Origin: Flavobacteriales bacterium
Lineage (GTDB): Bacteria; Bacteroidota; Bacteroidia; Flavobacteriales_D; Sanyastnellaceae
Direction of reading: 5' to 3'
Assembly: GCA_018402085.1 (NCBI GenBank)
Contig: JAGYJM010000001.1
Location: forward strand, 28,562 to 92,561
DNA: 64,000 nucleotides
Under the pieces are notes generated by a model. It worked only from the letters and a program-made list of their open reading frames with translations, was not told the DNA's origin and ran no database searches. Each line of letters starts with the position of its first letter. Within the stretch, counting starts at the first letter, position 1. Position numbers and translations under genes: made by a program. Below are positions 41,204 to 50,737 of this stretch, piece by piece.

Positions 41204-42310
41204 ATGAGAGCACCTGCAGAAGAAGTCTGTGCAATCGCACTTGGCATGATTGACGGAATTGGCCCGGTCACCGCTCTGCGCCTCATTCGTGCAATGGGTT
41301 CAGCGCGCGCCGTATTTGAGCACAACCCCCGCGAACTATTATCAACCAAGCTCATACACGAACGTTCTTTGCGCGACTTTACTGACCGGCAATTGCTGGC
41401 ACGGGCAGCATATGAGGCTGAACAAATTGAGCGCCTCGGTGGGCACGTGTCTTCCATCGGAAGTCAAGATTACCCCGCCAGACTCGCCGCGTGTGAAGAC
41501 GCGCCCATTGCACTTTTTTCTAAAGGCGAACGCATTTGGGATCAAAACAAGGTGATTGCGGTGGTTGGCACGCGAAAAGTCACCGACTACGGCCGTAGGG
41601 CGTGTGTCCGCCTGCTCGAGCAATTACAGCCGTATGGTGTGGTGGTGGTGAGCGGACTTGCCTACGGCGTAGATATTTGCGCACACCGCGAAGCGATGCG
41701 GCTGGGGTTGCCCACGATCGCTTGTCTTGCTCACGGGCTTGACCGCATCTATCCTTCTGTTCATGCGCGTGAAGCACAAAGAATGCTCGACGAAGGCGGT
41801 GCCTGGGTCACCGATTTCCCGGTAGATACCCGTCCTAATAGAGAAAACTTTCCGGAAAGGAACCGTCTTATTGCCGGCCTGGCAGATGCCACTATTGTTA
41901 TTGAAAGTGATCGTAAAGGAGGCTCAATGATCACGGCACGTCTTGCCGCGTCATACCATCGTGAGGTATTTGCCCTTCCCGGCCGCATTGATGACCCGTT
42001 ATCTGCCGGTTGTAACGCTTTGGTTCGCAATCTTGAAGCCCAAATTCTCACCCACGGTGCACAAATCGCACTCGAACTTGGCTGGAAACGTTCTGAATCA
42101 GGAGGAAAGCAACTGAACCTATTACCAGATCTCGTTGAGAGTCAGCAAAAAATCTATCGAATCTTGCAGGCCGGAAGGGCCAGACATGTTGACGAGCTGC
42201 AACACGCCACCGGCGCTGCTTATGGCGAATTAGCGAAAGACCTTTTCGAGATGGAGCTTGCCGGCGTAATCAGGCACTTGCCCGGTAAGCGCTATCAACT
42301 GTCGGGTTAA
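41204..42310 (+). CDS. dprA: DNA-processing protein DprA (Smf)
   Basis: VVGTRKVTDYGRRACVRLLEQL...VVVSGLAYGVDICAHREAM...TIACLAHGLDRIYPSVH...GGSMITARLA. 368 aa. Confidence 0.9.
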   Translation: MRAPAEEVCAIALGMIDGIGPVTALRLIRAMGSARAVFEHNPRELLSTKLIHERSLRDFTDRQLLARAAYEAEQIERLGGHVSSIGSQDYPARLAACEDAPIALFSKGERIWDQNKVIAVVGTRKVTDYGRRACVRLLEQLQPYGVVVVSGLAYGVDICAHREAMRLGLPTIACLAHGLDRIYPSVHAREAQRMLDEGGAWVTDFPVDTRPNRENFPERNRLIAGLADATIVIESDRKGGSMITARLAASYHREVFALPGRIDDPLSAGCNALVRNLEAQILTHGAQIALELGWKRSESGGKQLNLLPDLVESQQKIYRILQAGRARHVDELQHATGAAYGELAKDLFEMELAGVIRHLPGKRYQLSG

Positions 42311-42638
42311 GCACAGCGCGACGCGCATCTTCAATGCCTTCACCCACCATAGACAGAAAAGCACAGGCATGTGAAGCCTTATCTACCGCGTCGTCTGCCG
42401 TCTTCATGCGATTCAGCATATCGCGGAGGCGATTGATCGCACCAAGCTGCGTGTAAGGTGATATCTCAAGTAGATATTCTGTAAGCAGCAATTCAACAGC
42501 AACGCATTTGTGATCCTCAATCATAGAACGCATTTCGCGATCAATGTTGCTGAAGCGAATGGCGATCATGTCAATAATCTGACGGCGAAACCCGCTGTCA
42601 TAACCTGAAATCTTGGTAATCAATTGAAAGTTGATCAT
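42270..42638 (-). CDS. Hypothetical helical protein (about 122 aa). Possibly a degenerate Hpt-like four-helix bundle.
   Basis: ORF with its start trimmed to the ATG at 42638 (MINFQLITKISGYD). No motif recognised. The 3' end overlaps the dprA 3' end by 41 nt (convergent). Confidence 0.5.
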   Translation of the reverse strand: MINFQLITKISGYDSGFRRQIIDMIAIRFSNIDREMRSMIEDHKCVAVELLLTEYLLEISPYTQLGAINRLRDMLNRMKTADDAVDKASHACAFLSMVGEGIEDARRAVLNPTVDSAYRASA

Positions 42639-42736
42639 GGTGGTGACGATTACGGTACAATGGTATGAAGCTCTACTACGCAAAAGCGTAGGATGCTAAA
42701 CCCTGCCCTTCGTCAGAAATGCCTTACACGTTCACA

Positions 42737-43081
42737 TCAATGGTACTTTGCGAGCTCCACCTTCACCTCATTGACGCACTGATCACATACGTCACGTGCT
42801 TCGGCAAACCAGTTATCTACCTGATCAAGTGGCTGCTCCTGTTTAATCTGCTGCTCAATCCTCTGAAACACCAGGTATCCTTTCTGAAAACCAATGGTAA
42901 ACGATGAAGACTTTAACTTGTGGGCATAGTATCGTACCACCTTCCAGTCTTCAGCCTCCACAGCCTCTTTCATTTTATCAAGGTCTTTGGGAGTATTGGC
43001 CAGGTAGACTTCCAGAATTTCTCTTATGAAACTCTGGTTGTGCAGGGAGAGCGCTTTCAAATGGTCCAGATTGATCAGCAT
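42737..43081 (-). CDS. Hpt (histidine phosphotransfer) domain protein
   Basis: 114 aa. SFIREILEVYLANTPKDLDKMKEAVEAEDWKVVRYYAHKLKSSSFTIGF contains the H.LK.SS phosphoacceptor motif. Confidence 0.8.
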   Translation of the reverse strand: MLINLDHLKALSLHNQSFIREILEVYLANTPKDLDKMKEAVEAEDWKVVRYYAHKLKSSSFTIGFQKGYLVFQRIEQQIKQEQPLDQVDNWFAEARDVCDQCVNEVKVELAKYH

Positions 43082-43123
43082 GGCTATGGTTGTACCGTTA
43101 ATATAGTGAAAAAGTGACGACAG

Positions 43124-44434
43124 CTAGCTTGTCGTGCCGGGATCTTCTCCGAGATTGTCTGCACTTCTCTCATTTACACGTATTTGCAAATCACCGGTGT
43201 CTTTGCTCCTTTGTACCTCTTTGATGCCGATTCCATTTTGAATCAACGAAATCGTCATCAGGAGGCTCGTAATTAGAATCACCTGAAGCAGTATGCCCCG
43301 GTCAAAAGTGTCTGTTGCATACTGCGGGTAAACACTGTAAATCTGAAAGAACAATAGAATAGTGATCAATCCGCGGGGGGCGATATACAGCAGGGGAAAG
43401 ATATTATTTCGCTGAAATGCCCACAGCAGAATCAGGCGAACAAGGTAAAGCAGCACCGTAATCAAGAGACTGTAAAACAAAACGGTCCAACTCAGCAACG
43501 AGGCCACTGAAACCGTCACTCCAAAGATGACAAAGAAGAAGGTGCGAATCACAAAGGCAGACTCTAGCGTGAGCAGGTGGAACTCATTGTGCAGCGAATG
43601 CAGCTTGTCAAAGTCAACAAACTGGCGGATGCCCCTGAACCAGAAGAGCCTTGGGTTATTGATCATCAAACCAAAAGCCAGAATCAGAATGAGTGGTGAA
43701 AGGTGATAGACTTTCTGAATAGCATAAATCAGCAGAAGAATCGCAATGGTGAGGAACAGCTTGACCTCTCCTGTTATTTTCTGAATAATCCACGTCAGAA
43801 CGTAGCATACAATGATGGCCAGAAAGATGGTCAACCCGATGTTCGAGAATATATTTCCGATTACCTGTCCTGTACCTTGAGACTCGGCATTCCCGAGCAG
43901 CAGGTAGAAGTACATGATTCCGAGTATGTCTGAAAAGGTGCTCTCATACACCATAAATTCTTTCTGATCGTGATGGAGCCCGCCGACACTGGGTATGATA
44001 ATCGCACTGCTCATGATGCTTAGCGGAATAGCATACACGAGCGAGGTGAAAAAATCATCGATCATAGTGAACTGAATCAAAGCTGCAATCGAAAAACTAC
44101 TGCCCATTAACGCCACCAATGCTACCACAAAGCTCTTCCAGATGATAGGCCAGCGCTCACGGGTCAGCTCCAGATCGAGGGCAGCTTCGAGTACAATGAA
44201 AATCAACCCAACAGTGCCAAGCACTTCCAGAACCAGCCCTTCAAAGGGAATCTTCTCCATACCGAACGTGTGGAGGAATTGACTTAGGATCATCCCCAAA
44301 CCGATGAGCAACAGCACACTGGGAATGTTCGTGCGCTTTGAGATGACCTGGAAGAAGTACGACAAAATGATCACCACCGAAGCGCCGATCACCAGCCCGT
44401 AGGCACTATTGATTTCTACCAATGAAATGATCAT
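43124..44434 (-). CDS. Cation:proton antiporter (Na+/H+ exchanger family)
   Basis: 436 aa with about 11-12 hydrophobic helices and a short hydrophilic tail. The family label was assigned by eye from this overall architecture; no specific signature motif was matched. ATGA overlap with the upstream gene. Confidence 0.75.
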   Translation of the reverse strand: MIISLVEINSAYGLVIGASVVIILSYFFQVISKRTNIPSVLLLIGLGMILSQFLHTFGMEKIPFEGLVLEVLGTVGLIFIVLEAALDLELTRERWPIIWKSFVVALVALMGSSFSIAALIQFTMIDDFFTSLVYAIPLSIMSSAIIIPSVGGLHHDQKEFMVYESTFSDILGIMYFYLLLGNAESQGTGQVIGNIFSNIGLTIFLAIIVCYVLTWIIQKITGEVKLFLTIAILLLIYAIQKVYHLSPLILILAFGLMINNPRLFWFRGIRQFVDFDKLHSLHNEFHLLTLESAFVIRTFFFVIFGVTVSVASLLSWTVLFYSLLITVLLYLVRLILLWAFQRNNIFPLLYIAPRGLITILLFFQIYSVYPQYATDTFDRGILLQVILITSLLMTISLIQNGIGIKEVQRSKDTGDLQIRVNERSADNLGEDPGTTS

Positions 44435-45228
44435 CGTGTTTGTGCTCCTCCTTGTTCTTCTGTGGCTGTTTCGTCTGTTTGCTCTTCTTCAACGGCGATC
44501 GTTAATGCGTCGTACAATGCCCTTGCGGCATCACCAAATTGGGCCCGCGAAAATTCAACCGGATCATAGCTGTCTGCGATCAATGGTCTGCGCACCAGGC
44601 CGCTTGTCAGCTTGTCGCCTTTTGCGTCGTAAAAACTGTAGTGCACCCGAACAAAGAATTCAGCACCATCTGGATTCACCTGCATGGGTGTGCCGAGGTT
44701 TACGATGTCAAGCTGCGATACCATCAAGACGTAGTCTGAACCGGTTTCTTCTGCCATTTGCTTCAGTAATGGCTTTTTTACCGTCGCCTCCATAAAGCGG
44801 GTCACCGTATCACGTTGTTGTTTCAGCTCGCCCCCTTCCACATAAGCTCCATGCACCTCGGCAGCCTGTCCGGTTAATTCCGGTATCGGCTCATATTTAT
44901 AACCAATCTGGCGGTAAATCGCTTCAAGCGCTGACGGCCAGGGGTCGTTCCAGCCAAAAACATCGGGCTCTGTAAGGGGAGGTGCATGGCGTCTCATAGA
45001 ATAGAAGAAGCCTTCAGCAAGTGCCTCCCGTACCTCGCGCGTGGTCATCCCGTTGCGCTGGCACATCTCGCGATGGAGGTCAGAGATCAACATGCGCGGC
45101 TCAAAAGGCATAACGGCCACGCGTGCCTTCACCCCGCTCGATAAGTCGTAGTAAAAATTCCTCGTATGATCCTGAGCACTCGCTGCAAAGGCACCAAATA
45201 ACGCAATACAAATGAATAGCCTTCTCAT
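44431..45228 (-). CDS. Hypothetical secreted protein
   Basis: Start trimmed to the ATG at 45228 (MRRLFICIALFGAFAASAQD, a signal peptide). Acidic low-complexity C-terminus. No family recognised. Confidence 0.65.
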   Translation of the reverse strand: MRRLFICIALFGAFAASAQDHTRNFYYDLSSGVKARVAVMPFEPRMLISDLHREMCQRNGMTTREVREALAEGFFYSMRRHAPPLTEPDVFGWNDPWPSALEAIYRQIGYKYEPIPELTGQAAEVHGAYVEGGELKQQRDTVTRFMEATVKKPLLKQMAEETGSDYVLMVSQLDIVNLGTPMQVNPDGAEFFVRVHYSFYDAKGDKLTSGLVRRPLIADSYDPVEFSRAQFGDAARALYDALTIAVEEEQTDETATEEQGGAQTR

Positions 45229-45298
45229 TGAGCGAAAGATAAGCGGATGAACCAAAAGCAGCGATGCCAAGGCACCGCAGTTATTAACGATAACGGCC

Positions 45299-46636
45299 TT
45301 ACAACGCGTCTGTAAACCACCGATAGATGTCATTGCCTATTGCAAAAGCCATCAGACCGAGCAAGAGGATCACCCCAATTAACTGGGCTTTTTCGAGAAA
45401 CTTTTGGGGTGCCGGACGCCCGGCAACGATTTCATAGAGCAAGAATGCCACATGTCCGCCGTCAAGCGCAGGTATCGGCAAGAGATTCATAAAGGCAAGA
45501 ATCAATGACAGAAACGCTGTCGTTCGCCAGAAAACTTCCCAGTTCCAGCTTGCGTCAAAAATGCTTCCGATCGTGATGAAACTGCCAATTTGTGAGGCTC
45601 CAGACTTCGAAAACAGGAAGCGAAGTGAAAGTACGTAGCCTTCAAGCGTCTCTTTTGCCAGGCTGAAGCCATTCACCAATGCTTCGCCGGCGCCAAACTC
45701 ACGACTATAAAACATGAACTCACTGCGCTGGCCCGGCAGCAGTGGACCAAAACCAATGGTGCCGTCTGCACCTGATGTCATAGCGAGGGTTTTCTTCTCG
45801 CCGCTGCGCACCACATGTAGGTTTATTTCTTCATTCGGACGGCTGCGCAAATAGGAGGCAATGTCATTGAAAAACGGGCTCTCCATATCATTAACCCCTA
45901 TGATACTATCGCCCTGCTGTAGTCCGGCTTCCAACGCCGGCTTCCCGGGAATGAGCGTGTCCACGACTGACGGAAAACGCATCATAAAAGGCTCGCGAAT
46001 GTTGCTATCGATTAATATTTGACCTAGGTCATCAGGCATACTGAGCTGCAGCTCTCGGCCGTTGCGCAGTACTGTAACATCAGTAACGGTCATGGTGAAT
46101 ATCGAGCGACGTATATCACTGAAGGTTTCAGGCTGAACATCATTCACACCAATGATCTTATCACCCTCTTCAAATCCGAGATATTCAATGCGGTCTTCAA
46201 CGTGCAGACCGTATGGCAGCTCTTCCGGTTTCATGTAATCTTCGCCGTACACAAACAAGATCATCGCGTAAAGCAAGAAGCCCAGAATAAGGTTCACCGT
46301 TACCCCGCCGAGCATAATGATCAGGCGCTGCCAGGCCGGCTTTGCCCTAAACTCATACGGCTTAGCCGGCTCCTTGAGTTGCTCGGTATCCATTGACTCG
46401 TCTACCATTCCGGCAATCTTGACATAGCCCCCGAGTGGCAACCAACCAATGCCGTACTCGGTTTCGCCCTTCTTTATCTTGAACAGGGAAAAACCCGGAT
46501 TGAAGAACAGGTAGAATTTCTCAACACGAGTCTTGAACCACTTGGCCGGCAGAAAGTGCCCTAGCTCGTGTAATACCACTAGAATAGAAAGGCTCAGAAT
46601 GAGCTGAGCGGCTTTGATTAGTGCAATCATCTGCAA
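45299..46636 (-). CDS. rseP: RIP metalloprotease RseP (site-2 protease, M50 family with PDZ domains)
   Basis: HELGHF zinc motif at the N-terminus (LVVLHELGHFLPAKWF). PDZ-like GDKIIGVNDV and GDSIIGVNDM. C-terminal NLLPIPALDGGH. Confidence 0.92.
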   Translation of the reverse strand: MQMIALIKAAQLILSLSILVVLHELGHFLPAKWFKTRVEKFYLFFNPGFSLFKIKKGETEYGIGWLPLGGYVKIAGMVDESMDTEQLKEPAKPYEFRAKPAWQRLIIMLGGVTVNLILGFLLYAMILFVYGEDYMKPEELPYGLHVEDRIEYLGFEEGDKIIGVNDVQPETFSDIRRSIFTMTVTDVTVLRNGRELQLSMPDDLGQILIDSNIREPFMMRFPSVVDTLIPGKPALEAGLQQGDSIIGVNDMESPFFNDIASYLRSRPNEEINLHVVRSGEKKTLAMTSGADGTIGFGPLLPGQRSEFMFYSREFGAGEALVNGFSLAKETLEGYVLSLRFLFSKSGASQIGSFITIGSIFDASWNWEVFWRTTAFLSLILAFMNLLPIPALDGGHVAFLLYEIVAGRPAPQKFLEKAQLIGVILLLGLMAFAIGNDIYRWFTDAL

Positions 46637-46917
46637 ACGCGGCTTATGTGTGGTACAACAACGGCAGTTCCCACGGGTTCAAGGGGCAAAAATAGGGAAA
46701 CGCCAGAAGACCTCCGTTGCCGGAGAAAAGAGCAGAAGTGCCACTTATTCCTGTCGGCGTTTCATAGCTCGTACTTAATCGCAGGTGAATGTCTGAGATT
46801 ATTATTGCCTCGAAACTTATCCCGGGCTCTTCCGGAAACGGCTGTTTTTGAGAATGACTAGTGGCCAATCGATATCGACCGGGCCTAATCGAGAACATTT
46901 CTAAATAATATCCGCTT

Positions 46918-46948
46918 TTGGAGGGTAGACCCCTTAGGGCTAATTTTG
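46918..46948 (+). promoter_or_regulatory. Candidate Bacteroidota sigma-A promoter for sdhCAB (-33 TTG, -7 TAATTTTG)
   Basis: TAATTTTG at 46941..46948 matches the Bacteroidetes -7 consensus TAnnTTTG exactly. TTG at 46918..46920 sits 20 nt upstream. The ATG at 46973 is 25 nt downstream of the box. Confidence 0.5.
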
Positions 46949-46972
46949 ACCCACAATCGTTATCCTCTTTTT

Positions 46973-47695
46973 ATGAGCCGATCCGCACTTTTGAAATCGT
47001 CGCTAGCCAAGAAATACTGGATGGGAGCGACGGGACTGTTCCTGTGCCTGTTTCTGGTTGGGCACCTCGCAGGTAACCTGCAGCTGTTTATCGGAGGGGC
47101 TGAAGGGCAACTTCAGTTCAACGAGTATGCGAAGTTTATGACCACCAACCCGGCGGTGAAAATCCTGTCATACCTGACCTACTTCAGTATCCTGTTTCAT
47201 ACTGTTGACGGTATTTTGTTGGCTGTTGAGAACCGCAAGGCACGCCCCGTCAAATATGCCTACAACAAACCTTCGGCGAATTCAAGTTGGGCCTCACGGA
47301 ACATGGCCGTCTTAGGCACGCTCGTGCTCGCATTCATCGTGGTGCATATGTCGAATTTCTGGGCGCAGATGCACTGGGGAGAAATCCCTGTTCAGATAAG
47401 CGGTCCGGATGGTACTTTGGATGAGCCCTTGAAAGACTTACATACGGTTGTGCTCGGCTTCTTTAATCCTGCTGAGAACTCACTGGCGCTGGCTGCTGCT
47501 CTTCTCTATGCCTTCGCTATGGTCGCTATTGCGTTTCATCTGTGGCACGGTTTTCAAAGTGCCTGGCAATCTCTAGGGGTCAATCACCCAAGATATACAC
47601 CCCTCATTAAAGGAGCAGGAAAAGCATTCAGCGTGGTTATCCCGGCGCTCTTCGCCATTATTCCGCTCTACCTTTATTTCACACAGGCCGCTTGA
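46973..47695 (+). CDS. sdhC: Succinate dehydrogenase / fumarate reductase cytochrome b subunit (b558 family)
   Basis: MSRSALLKSSLAKKYWMGATGLFLCLFLVGHLAGNLQLF. Five hydrophobic helices with conserved His residues. Start trimmed from 46946 to the ATG at 46973, since the promoter box lies inside the longer ORF. Confidence 0.85.
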   Translation: MSRSALLKSSLAKKYWMGATGLFLCLFLVGHLAGNLQLFIGGAEGQLQFNEYAKFMTTNPAVKILSYLTYFSILFHTVDGILLAVENRKARPVKYAYNKPSANSSWASRNMAVLGTLVLAFIVVHMSNFWAQMHWGEIPVQISGPDGTLDEPLKDLHTVVLGFFNPAENSLALAAALLYAFAMVAIAFHLWHGFQSAWQSLGVNHPRYTPLIKGAGKAFSVVIPALFAIIPLYLYFTQAA

Positions 47696-47730
47696 ACAAA
47701 GCCCGAGCACTTCGGTAATTAGAATAGATT

Positions 47731-49734
47731 ATGGCAACATTGAATTCAAGAATACCAGAAGGTTCACTCGGAGAAAAGTGGACCAATCACAAAAACAGTA
47801 TTCGGCTCGTTAACCCGGCCAACAAGCGGAATATAGACATTATCATCGTTGGTACGGGTCTCGCAGGTAGCTCAGCAGCGGCATCATTCGCGGAGATGGG
47901 CTACAATGTAAAGGCTTTCTGTTTCCAGGATTCCCCGCGCCGCGCGCACTCGATCGCCGCACAGGGGGGAATCAACGCTGCAAAGAATTATCAGAACGAC
48001 GGCGACTCTACGTACCGCTTGTTCTATGACACGATCAAAGGGGGCGATTATCGCTCGCGTGAAGCAAACGTTTATCGCCTCGCAGAAGTGTCAGCCAATA
48101 TCATAGACCAGTGCGTTGCCCAAGGTGTGCCATTTGCCCGTGATTATGGTGGCCTTCTCGATAATCGATCGTTCGGAGGGGTGCTCGTGTCACGCACATT
48201 CTATGCCAAGGGCCAAACCGGACAACAACTTCTGCTGGGTGCTTATTCAGCGCTTTCACGCCAGATTTCGAAGGGTAAAGTACAGATGTACAATCGTCAT
48301 GAAATGATGGACGTGGTGCTTGTTGATGGGCAGTGCAGAGGGATCATCGCACGAAATCTGGTGACCGGAGAGATCGAGCGACATGGTGCACATGCAGTGG
48401 TGCTGGCCTCAGGGGGGTATGGAAATGTGTTCTACCTCTCCACGAACGCTATGGGATCAAATGGCTCTGCGGCATGGAAAGCGCACCGCAAAGGAGCTTA
48501 CTTTGCAAACCCTTGCTTCACGCAGATTCACCCGACTTGCATCCCGGTCTCTGGTGATTATCAATCGAAACTGACCCTGATGTCGGAATCATTGCGTAAT
48601 GATGGACGCATCTGGGTTCCCAAGAAAAAAGAACATGTCGAAGCCATTCGTAATGGCAGCATGCGCCCGGAGAACCTGGCAGAAGAAGATCGCGATTATT
48701 ACCTCGAACGTCGCTATCCATCGTTCGGTAACCTCGTGCCACGAGACGTGGCTTCTCGCGCAGCAAAAGAGCGATGCGATGAGGGCTTCGGAGTAAACAA
48801 AACTGGAGAAGCTGTTTTTCTCGATTTCAGTAGCGCTATTATGCGCTATGGTAAGACCGAGGCGAATGTGCAAGGCGTGAAGAACCCGTCAGAAGCCCAA
48901 ATGCAAAAGATGGGAGAAGACGTCGTACGTGCGAAGTATGGCAATCTCTTCGAGATGTACGAGAAAATTACCGATGACAACCCTTACCAGACCCCAATGA
49001 AGATTTACCCGGCGGTGCACTACACCATGGGAGGGCTTTGGGTCGATTATAACCTTATGACAAATGTTCCGGGGCTCTACGCCACCGGAGAATCGAACTT
49101 TTCTGATCACGGTGCAAACAGACTCGGTGCTTCAGCCCTCATGCAAGGTCTGGCCGATGGATATTTTGTAATCCCCTACACCGTAGGGGAGTACCTCGCA
49201 GATGATATCCGTACCGGACCGATCAATACGAATACTCCTGAGTTCGAAGTTGCAGAGAAAGAAGTGAAAGACCGGATCAAAGGCTTCCTTAATAGCAACG
49301 GTAAAACGCCGGTAGATGAGTTTCACAGACGTCTCGGTCGTATAATGTGGGATAAGTGCGGTATGGCGCGTAACGAACAAGGTCTGAAGAGCGCCATCAG
49401 CGAAATTCAGGCCCTGCGCGAAGAGTTCTACCGCGATGTGAAGGTACCCGGCCGGGCTGAAGAGTTCAATCCGGAACTCGAAAAGGCCGGTCGCGTTGCA
49501 GACTTTATGGAACTTGGCGAGCTTATGTGCCGTGATGCGCTGGAACGCAACGAATCATGCGGTGGTCACTTCCGCGAGGAATACCAAACTGAAGAAGGTG
49601 AAGCGCTCCGCGATGACGAGAATTACGCTTATGTTGCCGCCTGGGAGTACACAGGCATGCCGGCAGAGGCGAAACTCCACAAGGAGGAACTCGTATTTGA
49701 AAATGTAGAATTGAAACAACGCAGCTATAAATAA
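47731..49734 (+). CDS. sdhA: Succinate dehydrogenase / fumarate reductase flavoprotein subunit
   Basis: 667 aa. FAD-binding [14 protein letters not shown], covalent-FAD region [14 protein letters not shown], and [11 protein letters not shown]. Confidence 0.95.
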   Translation: MATLNSRIPEGSLGEKWTNHKNSIRLVNPANKRNIDIIIVGTGLAGSSAAASFAEMGYNVKAFCFQDSPRRAHSIAAQGGINAAKNYQNDGDSTYRLFYDTIKGGDYRSREANVYRLAEVSANIIDQCVAQGVPFARDYGGLLDNRSFGGVLVSRTFYAKGQTGQQLLLGAYSALSRQISKGKVQMYNRHEMMDVVLVDGQCRGIIARNLVTGEIERHGAHAVVLASGGYGNVFYLSTNAMGSNGSAAWKAHRKGAYFANPCFTQIHPTCIPVSGDYQSKLTLMSESLRNDGRIWVPKKKEHVEAIRNGSMRPENLAEEDRDYYLERRYPSFGNLVPRDVASRAAKERCDEGFGVNKTGEAVFLDFSSAIMRYGKTEANVQGVKNPSEAQMQKMGEDVVRAKYGNLFEMYEKITDDNPYQTPMKIYPAVHYTMGGLWVDYNLMTNVPGLYATGESNFSDHGANRLGASALMQGLADGYFVIPYTVGEYLADDIRTGPINTNTPEFEVAEKEVKDRIKGFLNSNGKTPVDEFHRRLGRIMWDKCGMARNEQGLKSAISEIQALREEFYRDVKVPGRAEEFNPELEKAGRVADFMELGELMCRDALERNESCGGHFREEYQTEEGEALRDDENYAYVAAWEYTGMPAEAKLHKEELVFENVELKQRSYK

Positions 49735-49756
49735 GCTGCTTAAAGCCAAGATCACG

Positions 49757-50506
49757 ATGAATCTGACGCTTAAAATATGGAGACAAGCCGGCCCCAGTGT
49801 CATAGGCAAAATGGAAACCTATAAAGTTTCTGATATCTCCCCCGATATGTCTTTTCTCGAAATGATGGACGTACTTAACGATCAACTCATTCGCGATGGT
49901 AAAGACCCGGTAGCATTTGACCACGATTGCCGTGAAGGCATTTGCGGAATGTGCTCGATGTATATTAACGGTCAGGCACACGGCCCAAACCGTGGCACCA
50001 CAACTTGCCAGTTGCACATGCGCTCTTTCAAAGATGGAGATACCATCTATATTGAACCGTGGCGTGCTGCCGCCTTCCCGGTAATCAAAGATCTCTCCGT
50101 AGACCGCAGTTCGTTTGACCGTATCATCCAGGCAGGAGGCTATGTCTCAGTGAATACATCCGGTAACACTCAGGATGCCAACGCAATTCCTGTGCCTAAA
50201 GAGAATGCTGACAAAGCCTTCGACGCTGCTACATGCATCGGATGTGGCGCATGTGTGGCAACATGCACCAATTCGTCTGCCATGCTTTTTGTATCCGCAA
50301 AAGTGAGTCAGCTCGCGTTGTTACCTCAAGGTGACCCTGAGCGTGAGCTTCGCGTGCTGCGTATGGTTGAGCAAATGGATAAAGAAGGATTCGGAAATTG
50401 CTCCAACACCGGCGCTTGTGAGGTAGAATGTCCGAAAGGCATTTCACTCGAGAACATCGCTCGCATGAACCGCGAGTATCTTCGCGCTTCGGTAACTTCT
50501 GAATGA
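49757..50506 (+). CDS. sdhB: Succinate dehydrogenase / fumarate reductase iron-sulfur subunit
   Basis: 249 aa. Cys clusters [22 protein letters not shown] and [12 protein letters not shown]. Confidence 0.95.
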   Translation: MNLTLKIWRQAGPSVIGKMETYKVSDISPDMSFLEMMDVLNDQLIRDGKDPVAFDHDCREGICGMCSMYINGQAHGPNRGTTTCQLHMRSFKDGDTIYIEPWRAAAFPVIKDLSVDRSSFDRIIQAGGYVSVNTSGNTQDANAIPVPKENADKAFDAATCIGCGACVATCTNSSAMLFVSAKVSQLALLPQGDPERELRVLRMVEQMDKEGFGNCSNTGACEVECPKGISLENIARMNREYLRASVTSE

Positions 50507-50528
50507 TCGAAACGTATTGATTCAAGCG

Positions 50529-50560
50529 AAACCCGTTGTCGAAAGGCTGCGGGTTTTTTT
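50529..50560 (+). terminator. Intrinsic terminator of sdhCAB
   Basis: AAACCCG..GTC-GAAA-GGC..CGGGTTT followed by TTTT. Lies 23 nt after the sdhB stop. Confidence 0.75.
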
Positions 50561-50589
50561 GTGGCTCCCCCGCCGTCGCTTTTTGTTGT

Positions 50590-50610
50590 CGCCGCGAAAG
50601 CGGCGGATGG
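50590..50610 (+). repeat. GC-rich hairpin, family H (left member of an inverted doublet)
   Basis: CGCCGC-GAAA-GCGGCG-GATGG. Confidence 0.6.
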
Positions 50611-50687
50611 ATAATCGTGCGTAGTAAGAATGAATCAAAAGGCTCAAGGCCAGAAATTGATGAAATATCCGCGGCCCGGGCGGGTCC

Positions 50688-50708
50688 TCATCCGCCGCTT
50701 TTGCGGCG
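50688..50708 (-). repeat. GC-rich hairpin, family H (right member of an inverted doublet)
   Basis: The minus strand reads CGCCGC-AAAA-GCGGCG-GATGA. Confidence 0.6.
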
Positions 50709-50737
50709 AGAAAAACAAACCTCTGAAAAAAGGCAGT

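Noticed and set aside
46637-46945. Possible tRNA or other structured RNA in the 300-bp rseP/sdhC divergent spacer (a ggttcaagg string caught my eye).
   Set aside because: No cloverleaf can be drawn: there is no acceptor-stem complement and no proper T-arm. I also saw no tRNA or rRNA in the other intergenic gaps I examined in detail (listed under features and findings); smaller gaps and coding regions were not systematically scanned.
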